A program made the position numbers and the translations under genes. The notes under the pieces are model-generated. The model did not search any database. It was not told the origin of the DNA and was given only the letters and a program-made list of their open reading frames with translations. Positions 62,300 through 64,000 of a stretch of 64,000 nt of DNA are shown here, in pieces; the first letter of the stretch is position 1, and every line of letters starts with the position of its first letter. The stretch is from Felis catus. Its lineage: Eukaryota. The stretch spans positions 49,416,001-49,480,000 of the forward strand of contig NC_058382.1 in assembly GCF_018350175.1 (NCBI RefSeq). The letters run 5' to 3'.

Positions 62300-63730
62300 T
62301 TTTTAAATATAGTTTACGTACTATAAACTTCATCTATTGTAAATGTACAATTCGGTGATTTTTAGTAAACACACAGTAGTACAACTATCACTAAAATCCA
62401 GTTTTGCAACTAAAATCCAATTATATGTTTGTGGTGAGTCCCTGCTTCCACCTTCAGTCCCAACCACTTACGCTTCTTTCTCTGGATTGGTGTTTCCTAG
62501 AGATTTCTTATAAATGAAAGACTATATAGTCTTTTGCATTTGGCTTCCTTGACTAGGTTCATCCATGTTGAATGTGTTGTTCCTTTTTATTGCTAAATAG
62601 TATTCTGGTACATGAATTTACTACATTTTGGCTATCCATTCACCAAGTGATAAGACATTTGGATTGTTTTTAGTTGAGGTAGTTATGAATGATGCTGCTG
62701 TGAACATTCACATGCGGGTTTTTGTGTGGTCGTGTATTTCCACCTGGGAGGTCTTTGTTTAACCTTTTAAGAAACTGACAAACATTTTCAAAGTGGCTGT
62801 ACATTTAAGCAGTGAGTGAGGGTTCCTATTTTGTCACATCCTCTCAACACCTGGTATTGTCAGTCTTAGGAATTCTAGTAGGTATGTAGTGGTATCTATT
62901 TGTGGTTTTAATTTGTGTTTCCCTAATAAGTAATGATGTTGAGCTTATTTTCATGTGTTCATTAGCAATTTATATATTCTCTTTGGTGAAATGTCTTCAA
63001 ATCTTTGCTCAATTGGTTTTGTATTGGGTTGTTGTCATCTTATTATTGAGTTATAAGAATTCCTTATGTATTCTGGATACAAATCTTTTATCAGATATGT
63101 GATTTGCAAATAATTTCTCCCAATGTGTGGCTTGTCTTTTCATTTTCTTAAGTGGTTGTCTTTTGAAGAGCAAACATTTTAAATTTTGATTAAGTTCAGT
63201 TTTATCAATGTTTTTCTCTTATTGATTATGCTTTTGGTGTCATATATGAAAAAATCTTTGCCTGACCCAAGGTCACAAAGATTTTCTCCTATGTTTTTAT
63301 CTAGAAGTTTTATAGTTTCAGCCCTTACATACGTCAATATTCCATTTTGAGTTAATTTTGAGATATGGTGTGAGATAAGGGTGTAAGTTCTTTTTTCTCT
63401 CTCTCTCTCTTTTTTTTAACATCATTGCAGCAGTAATCTAGATACCAGTTGTTGAAAAGACCATCTTTTCCCCACTGAATTCCCTTGGCAAAATCAACTG
63501 GCCATTAAGTGTAAAGGATTATTTCTGGACTCAGTTCTCTTCCATTGACTTACGAGTCTATCAGTGTTTTGGTTACTCTTGGTTACTTACAGTTTTATCG
63601 TAAGTTTTAAAATCTGGTAGTATATGTTTTCCAACTTTGTTATTCTTTTTCAAAATTGGCCATACCAGGTTGTTTGTATTTCCATCTGAATTTAGGATCA
63701 CCTTGCCGATTTCTACAAAATGGTTATCCC
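62300..63730 (-). mobile_element. Old L1 (L1MB/MC-like) 3' portion
   Basis: ORF 63573-63755 (ILKKNNKVGKHILPDFKTYDK) is an L1 ORF2 remnant, with a 3' UTR at 62300-62800. Confidence 0.85.
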
Positions 63731-64000
63731 TTTTTGAATCTTGAAGATTTTTCATTCAGGAGTCTCAGACTTCTCAGAGAGGAGCTGAAACTGACTCACT
63801 GCTCTTTGAGAGGTTATAACAAACGGTTCCTGAGAGACACTTGCTGTCGTGGCACTGCTCCAAGTTAGGCATGTTCTGTTTAACAGCTAGTGAGAACACA
63901 GGTCAAGGCCAACTCCTGAGCAGCAATGGCTGGGGTGTTTCCCTTCACCTCGAAGTCTCACCGGTTGTTGGCACTCCATAAATACTTAATAGGAGTGAGA

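Larger units (their letters stand above)
25647..64000 (+). other. ZNRF1: ZNRF1 intron 1 (partial)
   Basis: Begins GTGAGT after exon 1. Repeat-rich, with no ZNRF1 exon 2 (zinc finger FKCPIC) recognised up to the window end. Confidence 0.85.

Overview
This is mammalian DNA from a carnivore, almost certainly a felid, judged by about 45 tRNA-derived SINEC_Fc-type CanSINEs and carnivore-type L1 3' ends. Two genes point away from each other. WDR59 coding exon 1 lies on the minus strand (14078-14131, MAARWSSENVVVEFRDSQ, a GATOR2 subunit), and its intron 1 fills 1-14077. ZNRF1 coding exon 1 lies on the plus strand (25223-25646, a myristoylated RING E3 ligase), and its intron 1 fills 25647-64000. Each gene has its own CpG-island promoter, and the start codons are about 11.1 kb apart. 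The rest is intronic or intergenic sequence dense in SINEs, L1, L2, MIR, LTR and hAT fossils and microsatellites. Almost all ORFs in the supplied track are repeat-derived or GC-rich noise. I see no evidence of a new multi-gene system. The best leads are regulatory or structural: three same-frame uORFs and a long open in-frame leader in the ZNRF1 5' region, an 8-tract G4, candidate cryptic, micro or recursive exons, inverted young SINE pairs, a perfect 30-bp microsatellite hairpin and an orphan polyadenylated insert. Repeat family names and boundaries were assigned by eye and are approximate.
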